Positions 25,149 through 32,000 of a stretch of 32,000 nucleotides of DNA are shown one piece after another. The notes below the pieces were generated by a model that was not told the DNA's origin, searched no databases, and saw only the letters and a program-made list of their open reading frames with translations. Within the stretch, counting starts at the first letter, position 1; every line of letters begins with the position of its first letter. Made by a program: the position numbers and the translations under genes. The stretch covers positions 126,923 through 158,922 of the forward strand of contig NBVN01000003.1 of assembly GCA_003056265.1 (NCBI GenBank). Reading direction: 5' to 3'. The stretch comes from Zestosphaera tikiterensis (GTDB lineage: Archaea; Thermoproteota; Thermoprotei_A; Sulfolobales; NBVN01).

Positions 25149-26432
25149 ATGGAGTTTGACATAACCTTCGTTAAAGCTTTACAGGTGCTTGATTCTAGAG
25201 GTAATCCAACAGTGGAGGTTCTCGTTGGCACGGAAGGCGGTGGTTATGGAAGGGCTATAGCTCCAGCTGGGGCATCGCGAGGAAGGCGTGAGGCCGTGGA
25301 CTTAAGGGATGGTGGGAATAGGTATTTAGGGATGGGTGTAACGAAGGCTGTAGAGGCAGTTAATAAATATTTAAGTCCTGCGTTAATAGGTCTTAACTCA
25401 GCTAACTATAGATTAGTTGATAGGAAGATAGTTGAGGTTGATGGGACAGCGAACAAATCTAGGATTGGCGGTAATGCTTGCGTGGCTACGTCTTTAGCCA
25501 ATATTAAAGCAGCGGCGGAAACTTTAGGCGTTCCACTCTTTCAATTTCTAGGTGGGTTTAAAGCGAGGTTGCTACCAACGCCTTTAATGAACATAATTAA
25601 CGGGGGTTCACACGCAGGTAATGAGTTAAGCATACAGGAGTTCATGATCGTTCCAGTTGGTGCTGACAGATTTAGTGAGGCTTTAAGGATTGCTGTGGAG
25701 GTTTACATGAATTTGAAGAAATACCTGAAAAACAGGTACGGACCGAACTCAATCAACGTAGGTGATGAAGGGGGTTTCGCACCTCCTATGAAGTTAACTG
25801 AAGAGGCTTTAAACGCTTTGGCGGAAGCCATTAAGATGTCTGGATATGGGTTAGGTAGTGACGTCTTAATAGGTCTTGACGCGGCCGCGTCTCAATTCTA
25901 TAAGGAGGAACGTAAGGCATACTTTATAGACGGCAAGTATTTAAGCACTTCAGAGTTGCTTGATTATTATGAAGACCTCGCGTTGAGATATCCTATAATA
26001 TATCTTGAAGATCCGTTTTGGGAGGAGAGTCCTGAAGCGTATGGAGAGCTTAGGAAGAGATTGAAAGGCAAGACCTTAATCATAGGGGATGACCTAACAG
26101 TTACGAGACGTGATTTAATCGAGGAGTACTTTAGTAAGGGAGTTATTGACGGAGCCATAATTAAAGTTAATCAAGTAGGGACTTACAGCGAGGCTGAAGA
26201 TTCCGTTACTTACCTTCTTAGAAGCGGTGGTAAAGCGATAATAAGTCATAGAAGTGGTGAAAGTGAGGATGTGAGTATAGCACACATATCCGTAGGCTTG
26301 GAAACGGGCCTTATAAAGACGGGAGCCCCAGCCAGAGGCGAGAGAACGGCAAAGTATAACGAGCTTTTAAGGATTGAGGATTATTTAGGGGATGACGCGC
26401 AGTTCATAGGTAAAAAAGCCTTTAACCTCTAA
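25149..26432 (+). CDS. eno: Enolase
   Basis: 427 aa with ALQVLDSRGNPTVEV, INGGSHAGN, and IKVNQVGT followed by SHRSGESED. TTTTAAAT lies at ~25111-25118 upstream. Confidence 0.95.
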   Translation: MEFDITFVKALQVLDSRGNPTVEVLVGTEGGGYGRAIAPAGASRGRREAVDLRDGGNRYLGMGVTKAVEAVNKYLSPALIGLNSANYRLVDRKIVEVDGTANKSRIGGNACVATSLANIKAAAETLGVPLFQFLGGFKARLLPTPLMNIINGGSHAGNELSIQEFMIVPVGADRFSEALRIAVEVYMNLKKYLKNRYGPNSINVGDEGGFAPPMKLTEEALNALAEAIKMSGYGLGSDVLIGLDAAASQFYKEERKAYFIDGKYLSTSELLDYYEDLALRYPIIYLEDPFWEESPEAYGELRKRLKGKTLIIGDDLTVTRRDLIEEYFSKGVIDGAIIKVNQVGTYSEAEDSVTYLLRSGGKAIISHRSGESEDVSIAHISVGLETGLIKTGAPARGERTAKYNELLRIEDYLGDDAQFIGKKAFNL

Positions 26433-26668
26433 GGCAGGATCAAAGCAGCTACGACTAAAACCACCCCAACCCCCAATAAAAACAGCGAGAACTCCTTAGC
26501 CCTCAATGAAGTTACCCACTTACCTAGCTTAATCAATCCGTAGATGATGTAGGCAAGAACCGTAACACCTATTAAAGCCAACCCTACTAACGCTAAAGCA
26601 CCTGACAAATTCAACGTACCTATCTTAGAGATTAAAGACGTAACTATCTCTAAAGCTTCAAGACCCAT
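26429..26668 (-). CDS. Small membrane protein (two predicted TM helices)
   Basis: 79 aa, hydrophobic (LALVGLALIGVTVLAYIIYGLI; LFLLGVGVVLVVAALIL). It is convergent with eno and overlaps its stop by 4 nt. Confidence 0.4.
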   Translation of the reverse strand: MGLEALEIVTSLISKIGTLNLSGALALVGLALIGVTVLAYIIYGLIKLGKWVTSLRAKEFSLFLLGVGVVLVVAALILP

Positions 26669-26706
26669 TATACCACCGTAGAATAGCTTAAGGAAGACAT
26701 AACTTT

Positions 26707-27022
26707 AAAAACACTGACCTTCAAAACCAGGGGTTCAGCCTACATAGGCTTACAAGCACCTATGTAGGCTTTGGGGTTCATTAGATTCAGCCACCCTCTT
26801 GGGTTCATCGGTGGCTTATCATCGCCCTCACCCCCATTCGTGGCAACCCCACCTAAAGCCTTCACCCGCACCCTCACCGAGGGATCACCTCCTCAATCAC
26901 CACACGATGGGGGATGCTCAGGCTTTAGGGAAAACCACACATCTTAAGCCTAGGGTTTCACACTCACCTCCTTCGGAGCTTTACCACCCCCTCCACATCC
27001 GAGGTGAGATCTGACCACCAAG
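26707..27022 (-). ncRNA. Candidate ~300-nt GC-rich structured ncRNA (or a long structured leader of the 26668-26429 ORF)
   Basis: The bottom strand is G-rich. A bottom-strand TATA-like TTAAATATTT (27043-27052) lies ~25 nt upstream of GGTGGTCAG. Several perfect helices are present: CTCACCTC/GAGGTGAG, AGGCTT/AAGCCT, GCCACC/GGTGGC, and a 12-bp hairpin 26737-26748/26759-26770. Bottom-strand T4 and T5 runs follow. The only ORF here (26799-27014, +) has a Pro/His-rich low-complexity translation. Confidence 0.45.
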
Positions 27023-27102
27023 AACTATAATTACCTACCAAATATTTAACCGTTTCGGTTAGACGTTACTCATTAACTAAAACGTAGGCACGTTAACTAA
27101 CT

Positions 27103-28521
27103 TTAAGGTGGTGGGTTTGTGTTTAACATCATCCAAGCCGGTGTTTTAACGACGAAAACGCTCACCCATTCTATGAAGTCTTCACGAAAGCTTAAAGCAT
27201 TTAATACTTCATTTAAGTCTTTAGAAATCATAACCAACCTTAAGTCTTTAGATTCTAGATAACGTTCCTTATCTAAGGACATAAGGAAGTCTTTAGGGTC
27301 GGTATATCTTTTCCTAGTGAGAGCTTTAATTACACCATCGTAAGAAATCCATAAAGCCTTAGTTGATTCTCTACTTACGTACTTGCTTAAGAAGTTTATA
27401 GAACCGTTGCATAACTTCGAAGGACCTACTCTAACCACATAAGCCTGCCTTACCGAACTTAAGTCAACGTCAAACGTTATCACAGCATGGGATTTTTCAT
27501 CACTCCATAAACCAACGTCGATAATGTTGAAGTTATTCATTTTCAACGCGTTAAGTAACTTCCTACTGATTTTCTTAAGTTCACCCCACATAATGTCTGG
27601 GGATAGGTCGGGTTTAAACTCATATATTAAACACATAACCTCCCTGTTGGTTCCGTTAAGTATGTCGTTTATTCGATCTACGCTTAACTTCATACGTGGT
27701 GGTTTAAAGAATATTTTGGAAGGCTTCTCTAAAAATCTATGTGAGGCTAAAACCGCGATAGTTAGAGACCGCCTTGAAACAGCTGACGCCACGTTTCTAT
27801 ACGGGTCTACAGGGTCAGGCACTATTAATGGGGCGTTCAGGAATAACTTACGTAGGATCTCCACGTTATGCGTGCCTTCAACAACAACTACCTGACCTTC
27901 AACCCATTGAGTCATGGCTTTAAGGACGCTTAGGAAATCGCCGTATTTAATCGTAAGTAACTCCGTTAGATAGCCTGAAAAACCCTCCACCTTTATCTCA
28001 GCTCCATAAACCCCAATGCCTTTGAAGAACTTCTTTAAAAGCCTAACCTCATCTCGTAACTCGCTTGTTAACCTGCTATTTACAAATCGTGTGTGGAAAG
28101 GCGTTCTATCAACGGCTGTTTTAGCTTCAGCTGGCGTCTTAGCCCAATAGGCAGGAACCACATCAACGTCTATGTTATTAACTCTTAAGGTTATGTAGGG
28201 ATGTGCGGCGTATTTTATATGTGCTTCATATTTTTTAAGGTCTGGATAAAGCCTCCTTATAACGTTTTCCTCAATCCACTCCTTACTAAGGTCCTCCTTA
28301 TCTATAAGTATAAACACGTCTAAGTCTAGATCACCTTTCAATGCGGTGCCTTTAGCGAAAGACCCCTCTAAAGAAACCTTAAAATCTACATCAAGTCTTA
28401 ACTTACTATGGATTAAATCCTTAAGAAATTCGTAAGTCTCTAACCCTCTCGCTACCTCCTCGTCAGTAGGTCTTAACTCCTTCCTTAACTCGTCGAGTAG
28501 ATCCTTAAGATCCACACCCAC
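27103..28521 (-). CDS. cca: CCA-adding enzyme (archaeal class I tRNA nucleotidyltransferase)
   Basis: 472 aa with LEGSFAKGTALKGDLDLDVFIL (the GS...DxD polymerase-beta motif) and archaeal CCA-type downstream domains. Confidence 0.9.
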   Translation of the reverse strand: MGVDLKDLLDELRKELRPTDEEVARGLETYEFLKDLIHSKLRLDVDFKVSLEGSFAKGTALKGDLDLDVFILIDKEDLSKEWIEENVIRRLYPDLKKYEAHIKYAAHPYITLRVNNIDVDVVPAYWAKTPAEAKTAVDRTPFHTRFVNSRLTSELRDEVRLLKKFFKGIGVYGAEIKVEGFSGYLTELLTIKYGDFLSVLKAMTQWVEGQVVVVEGTHNVEILRKLFLNAPLIVPDPVDPYRNVASAVSRRSLTIAVLASHRFLEKPSKIFFKPPRMKLSVDRINDILNGTNREVMCLIYEFKPDLSPDIMWGELKKISRKLLNALKMNNFNIIDVGLWSDEKSHAVITFDVDLSSVRQAYVVRVGPSKLCNGSINFLSKYVSRESTKALWISYDGVIKALTRKRYTDPKDFLMSLDKERYLESKDLRLVMISKDLNEVLNALSFREDFIEWVSVFVVKTPAWMMLNTNPPP

Positions 28522-28522
28522 T

Positions 28523-29092
28523 TTAAACCTCCTTTAAATTAACAACTAGTATGTCGTTATATATAGGTCCTTCAGGTCTTAACAAACTTCTTTTAAGCTT
28601 TACTTGAGTTACCGGTGACGCGCCGAAGTTGAAATTCTCGTAGTTGTGGAGAACCTCCCTTAAGCAGGCAGAATCTACAGAACCTTTAACCCTACCTACA
28701 GTTATGTGCGGTACAAAATCCTCCCTCTCTAACCTCACGTACTTCTCCAGGCAAGCATCTAGAAGCTTCCTCAACCTGGAAAGTTCTTCAACACCGTCCT
28801 TCACACCAACCCACACGACTCTTGGCCTACTTAAGCTTGGGAAGGTCCCGACACCCGCTACCACCATGTCAAACCTTCTAATGTTCTCAAGGCTTTTCAC
28901 ACACTCATAAATCTTAGGCAACAAACCTTCTGAAACCTCACCTATGAATCTAAGCGTTAAATGTATGTTCTCGTCTTCAACCCCTTTAATACCCCCTTGC
29001 TTAGAACACGACAGAACGTAATTCTTAAAGCTTATGACTCTCTTTAAAACCTCAGGATTCTCTAACTCTACAGCTACAAATAACCTAACCAT
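28523..29092 (-). CDS. thpR: RNA 2',3'-cyclic phosphodiesterase (ThpR/LigT, 2H family)
   Basis: 189 aa with the two HxT/S motifs, HLTLRF and HITVGR. It lies 1 nt upstream of cca on the same strand. Confidence 0.85.
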   Translation of the reverse strand: MVRLFVAVELENPEVLKRVISFKNYVLSCSKQGGIKGVEDENIHLTLRFIGEVSEGLLPKIYECVKSLENIRRFDMVVAGVGTFPSLSRPRVVWVGVKDGVEELSRLRKLLDACLEKYVRLEREDFVPHITVGRVKGSVDSACLREVLHNYENFNFGASPVTQVKLKRSLLRPEGPIYNDILVVNLKEV

Positions 29093-29155
29093 AACTTAAG
29101 CCCATTTAAACAGCTTCAAAAACACTTAAAAAACAACCACCCTATATTTAGTTAG

Positions 29156-29254
29156 GGGGCCGTCGTCTAGCTTGGGTAGGATGCCAGCCTGGGGTGTTTC
29201 CCGCCGGTGAATCCGGAGCGCTGGTGGTCCGGGGTTCAAATCCCCGCGGCCCCA
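29156..29254 (+). tRNA. tRNA-Pro (anticodon GGG) with a ~24-nt intron at the canonical 37/38 position; CCA not encoded
   Basis: Folded by hand. The acceptor is GGGGCCG/CGGCCCC with discriminator A. The anticodon stem is CCAGC/GCTGG with loop C-T-GGG-G. The intron spans 29195-29218 (TGTTTCCCGCCGGTGAATCCGGAG, containing a CCGG/CCGG hairpin). The T arm is CGGGG-TTCAAAT-CCCCG. Confidence 0.75.
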
Positions 29255-29383
29255 CTAACCTGTTAAACCACCCTTCCTAGGTCCTTACCTACTTAATTTT
29301 TAATGTGTGAAAGCGAGGTTAGTAGCTGAGTTAACGAAAGCAATATTTATATCTTAAGTAGAGTTAGAGAGTTAGGGTTTGAA

Positions 29384-29770
29384 ATGTCTGAGGAAAGTGA
29401 GGAGAAACGCGAGGAGGAGGTTGAGGAGGAGTTATTCGAAAGCAGTGTAGATCAATTTTTAGGTGAGTCATTCACTAGCGAGGTTGAAGGCGAGGAAACA
29501 ACCTCAGTTAGGATAACTTCAAGTGTTTCGGCTTTAACGCTCATGACTGAAGTCAGCGATCTTTTAATTAAGGGCCTGGAGGGTTCAATACCCTTTAATG
29601 AAGTTGTGAATAAGATTAAGGAGCTCCGTTCACGTGCTTCCGTTAAGAAGCAGGTTAAAAGCGTTAAAACCAAAACAGTGGAGAAGACTGTTAAGAAGAA
29701 AGAAAAGGAAGAAAAGAAGGTAAAATCCACTAAGAAGAAGGAAAAGAAAGGAAGTTCATCTAAAACATAA
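29384..29770 (+). CDS. Acidic-head/lysine-tail small protein; possibly RNA polymerase subunit Rpo13-like
   Basis: 128 aa. The N-terminus is E/D-rich (MSEESEEKREEEVEEELFE), a short helical core follows, and the C-terminus is K-rich (KKQVKSVKTKTVEKTVKKKEKEEKKVKSTKKKEKKG). This tripartite layout resembles crenarchaeal Rpo13 as I recall it; no alignment was done. Confidence 0.35.
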   Translation: MSEESEEKREEEVEEELFESSVDQFLGESFTSEVEGEETTSVRITSSVSALTLMTEVSDLLIKGLEGSIPFNEVVNKIKELRSRASVKKQVKSVKTKTVEKTVKKKEKEEKKVKSTKKKEKKGSSSKT

Positions 29771-29795
29771 ACATAACTTTCAAACATAAGTAAGC

Positions 29796-31409
29796 TTAAG
29801 TTGATAGTCCCTCAACGTTTTGTTTTGCGTAATCGTAAGTCTTTAAACCACTGGTGTAAGTCTCTAAGACCTTAATCTCCTTTAATTCCTTCTCACCTAC
29901 TTTAAGTGGGTCTTTATCAACCACTATGAAGTCAGCTAGCATGCCTTGCTCTAGACTTCCAAGGCTTTTCTCCTCAAACAACGCATAAGCAGAACCTTCG
30001 GTATAGCTGTAAAGCGCTTCCTCAACGCTTAAGCATTCATGTTTAGTTAATTCGTAAAGCGGTATGTTTTCATACTTACCTCTTGTGACAGCAGCATAGA
30101 TCGTGTCCCAAGGATTGAGAGGCTCTACAGGCGAATCTGTGCTAAAAGCTATTTTAACACCGCTTTTAAGAAGTGTTTTAAAAGCGTATACGTACTGAGC
30201 TCTTACATCCCCTAATCTATTAACGACCCACCAGTCGGTTATTATGAAGTGAGGTTGTACTACAACTACTGAGTCGACTTTAACTAGCTTATCAAGTATA
30301 TCCGGTCGTAAAACTGACGCGTGTTCTATACGATGCCTTAAAAACTGCACCCCCTCTAATCTTTCGTAGACGTTAAGTATGGTTTCGACAGCTTTATCGC
30401 CTATTCCATGGATAGCTATTTGAAGCCCTAAATCATGGATTTGATTAACTAACTTGAGAAGAGAGTCTTCATTGAGTATAGGTACTCCTACAGTGTCCGC
30501 ATCAGCGTACGGTTGAGAAAGCCAAGCGGTTCTAGCACCTAATGAACCGTCAACAAATATTTTAATACCGTTTAACCTAACGTACTCTGTACCAAAACCT
30601 CTAACAATACCTAAAGCCTCTAAAGCCTTAACTACGTTAAACCCAGCTTCCTCCGGGTTTAAATAAACTCTAACCCTAACCGGTAAGCGACCGGTTTCAA
30701 CCTCAAGCTTTTGAAGTGTTTTAAAGGAGTTAAGATCTGCGGATACGAAACCTACGGTAGTCACTCCGTTAGATGCTGCATAAATCATCGCTTTAGTAAG
30801 TAGCTTTTTAAAATCGTCGTATGTTAAACTCTCTTTAATTTTCTCCCTAACTACATCGAGGGCTCTCTCCACAACTACGCCGGAAGGACTTCCTGAAGGG
30901 TCTTTCAGTACGTCGGGGCTGTTGGAGTTGATCAAACCGGTTAAAACCATAGCCTTAGTGTTAAGTACCGCGGCATGACCGCATACACGAGTTAAGACGA
31001 CGGGCTTATCGTTAACTACCTCATCTAAATCCCATCTGGTCGGGAACCGCTTCTCCTTAAAGAGTTCTTGATCCCAACCCCTGCCTAAAATCCAGGTAGT
31101 TTTAGCTGATTCAGCATACCTTCTCAACCTAAGTTTAAGTTCTTCAACGCTTCTCACACCTCTTAAATCCAGAGTTGTTAAGTAAGAGCCTAACCCATCT
31201 AGATGCATATGTGCGTCTATGAAGCCAGGGATTACTACACGTCCTTTAAGATCCACTACATCCATGTTTAACGTCCTTGAAATATTTAAAGCTACGTTTT
31301 CAGAACCGGTGTAGAGAACCCTATCTCTAAACACTACTAACGCATCGACCTTACTAACGGGTTTAAACGCCGTATATATGGTTCCGTTAATCAACGCAAA
31401 ACCGTTCAT
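29796..31409 (-). CDS. Amidohydrolase family metallo-hydrolase (YtcJ-like, Amidohydro_3 type)
   Basis: 537 aa with an intact VIPGFIDAHMHL HxH motif, later IHGIGD and HASV motifs, and a TDSP segment. Confidence 0.8.
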   Translation of the reverse strand: MNGFALINGTIYTAFKPVSKVDALVVFRDRVLYTGSENVALNISRTLNMDVVDLKGRVVIPGFIDAHMHLDGLGSYLTTLDLRGVRSVEELKLRLRRYAESAKTTWILGRGWDQELFKEKRFPTRWDLDEVVNDKPVVLTRVCGHAAVLNTKAMVLTGLINSNSPDVLKDPSGSPSGVVVERALDVVREKIKESLTYDDFKKLLTKAMIYAASNGVTTVGFVSADLNSFKTLQKLEVETGRLPVRVRVYLNPEEAGFNVVKALEALGIVRGFGTEYVRLNGIKIFVDGSLGARTAWLSQPYADADTVGVPILNEDSLLKLVNQIHDLGLQIAIHGIGDKAVETILNVYERLEGVQFLRHRIEHASVLRPDILDKLVKVDSVVVVQPHFIITDWWVVNRLGDVRAQYVYAFKTLLKSGVKIAFSTDSPVEPLNPWDTIYAAVTRGKYENIPLYELTKHECLSVEEALYSYTEGSAYALFEEKSLGSLEQGMLADFIVVDKDPLKVGEKELKEIKVLETYTSGLKTYDYAKQNVEGLST

Positions 31410-31551
31410 TCAATTACACGCCCACATCTATAGTTAAACCCAACGTAATAAAAGAATAGCCCTATCGCCCTCTATGTATTTCATCGATATTCTTAAATGT
31501 TTTAATTTCTTTCTATTTTAAAGTTTATATTTTAGAAGTGGATATTGTTTT

Positions 31552-31762
31552 GGGTTGGTGAGGGGGTTTATCCACCTATAGGGTAGGTGGATCCCTGAGT
31601 AAGTATCGTGGAGATTAGGGGGAAGAGTGGTTAAGCGTGTGCGGGGGTGCTTGGGGTCGTCCCTAAGAGCCTCTGCAGTGAAGGATGAAGCCAGACGGAG
31701 TGGAGGAACAAGATATGAGGGGATGAAGAAAGTGATTAGGGAAATCGTTCAGACCCGAACCC
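31552..31762 (+). ncRNA. Candidate ~210-nt G-rich structured ncRNA
   Basis: A/T-rich TATA-like AAGTTTATATTTT (31521-31533) lies ~25 nt upstream of GGGTTGGTGAGGGGG. A perfect 9-bp hairpin is formed by ATCCACCTA (31570-31578) and TAGGTGGAT (31584-31592). The 5' GGGTT can pair with the 3' AACCC (31758-31762). No ORF is present. Confidence 0.35.
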
Positions 31763-32000
31763 CTATCGTTGATTGATAATTTCATACGTAAGGCCAGCTT
31801 TTTTAAGAATATCCAGCAAGGAGTTTAAGTCAACCCTCCTATCAAGAATTATTGAGGCTTTCTTAACGTTTCTATCTATGTAGAGTTTCACCTTATCCAC
31901 GAAAACCCTACCGCTGATTAAATCCGCTTCGTTTTTCTTCGGAGCTAAGTATTCTTTAAACTTCCTTCTCATCATTCCATAGAAAACATCGAAGTTCTTA
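31763..32000 (-). CDS. Hypothetical protein, N-terminus probably beyond the window edge
   Basis: The frame is open to nt 32000 (…KNFDVFYGMMRRKFKEYLAPKK...LTYEIINQR). I recognised no family. Confidence 0.35.
   Translation of the reverse strand, partial: KNFDVFYGMMRRKFKEYLAPKKNEADLISGRVFVDKVKLYIDRNVKKASIILDRRVDLNSLLDILKKAGLTYEIINQR

Noticed and set aside
26799-27014. 71-aa ORF (+), MGSSVAYHRPHPHSWQPHLKPSPAPSPRDH...
   Set aside because: The Pro/His/Ser low-complexity translation comes from the C-rich strand of a GC-rich structured region. It is interpreted as the complement of an ncRNA candidate.
8080-32000. Search by eye for attR (a second copy of tRNA-Ala nt 8014-8079) and an Int(C) recombinase fragment
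   Set aside because: None was found. CCCGG-containing sites at 6790, 6856, 13553, 13590, 20360 and 22667 do not extend into tRNA-like sequence. The right border of the island therefore remains undefined.

Overview
This window is a chromosomal segment of a hyperthermophilic crenarchaeon. The evidence is the cdvABC cell-division operon, a class II RNR carrying an intein, TiaS, Tsr3, the archaeal CCA-adding enzyme, an intron-containing tRNA, and GC-rich RNA genes standing out from visibly AT-rich DNA. The order looks Desulfurococcales/Sulfolobales-like, but I cannot assign a species. Most of the window is housekeeping: OFOR beta (partial), Sec61beta, a MazG-like protein, Zn-ADH, TiaS, a RAM-domain protein, Tsr3, RNase P RNA, ProC, tRNA-Ala, a nucleoside phosphorylase, uS19, PDO, NrdJ with intein, CdvC/B/A, enolase, CCA enzyme, ThpR, tRNA-Pro and amidohydrolases. 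Three regions are not ordinary. (1) nt ~1360-2565 is a 1.2-kb ORF-free region with three textbook Orc1/Cdc6 origin-recognition boxes. Two of them are inverted around a ~285-bp AT-rich core, so this is a replication origin, yet no orc1/cdc6 gene sits beside it. Its neighbour is a small Zn-ribbon ORF with an SSV-integrase-N-terminus-like motif, bracketed by three copies of a 16-bp palindrome. (2) nt 8003-13859 holds tRNA-Ala(UGC) overlapped on the opposite strand by an SSV-type integrase N-terminal fragment. This is followed by a gene-sparse, decayed island carrying a His/Asp-motif protein, a membrane-anchored protein with 27 Leu/Tyr heptads and a transglutaminase-like protease domain, an orphan radical-SAM enzyme with a novel C-terminal half, Zn-ribbon and small ORFs, and a GC-rich structured RNA with two K-loop-like hairpins. 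This island is the best candidate for an undescribed accessory system. (3) Two further promoter-equipped GC-rich ncRNA candidates lie at ~26.7-27.0 kb (- strand) and ~31.55-31.76 kb (+ strand). All protein calls rest on motif recognition by eye. No database search was run.
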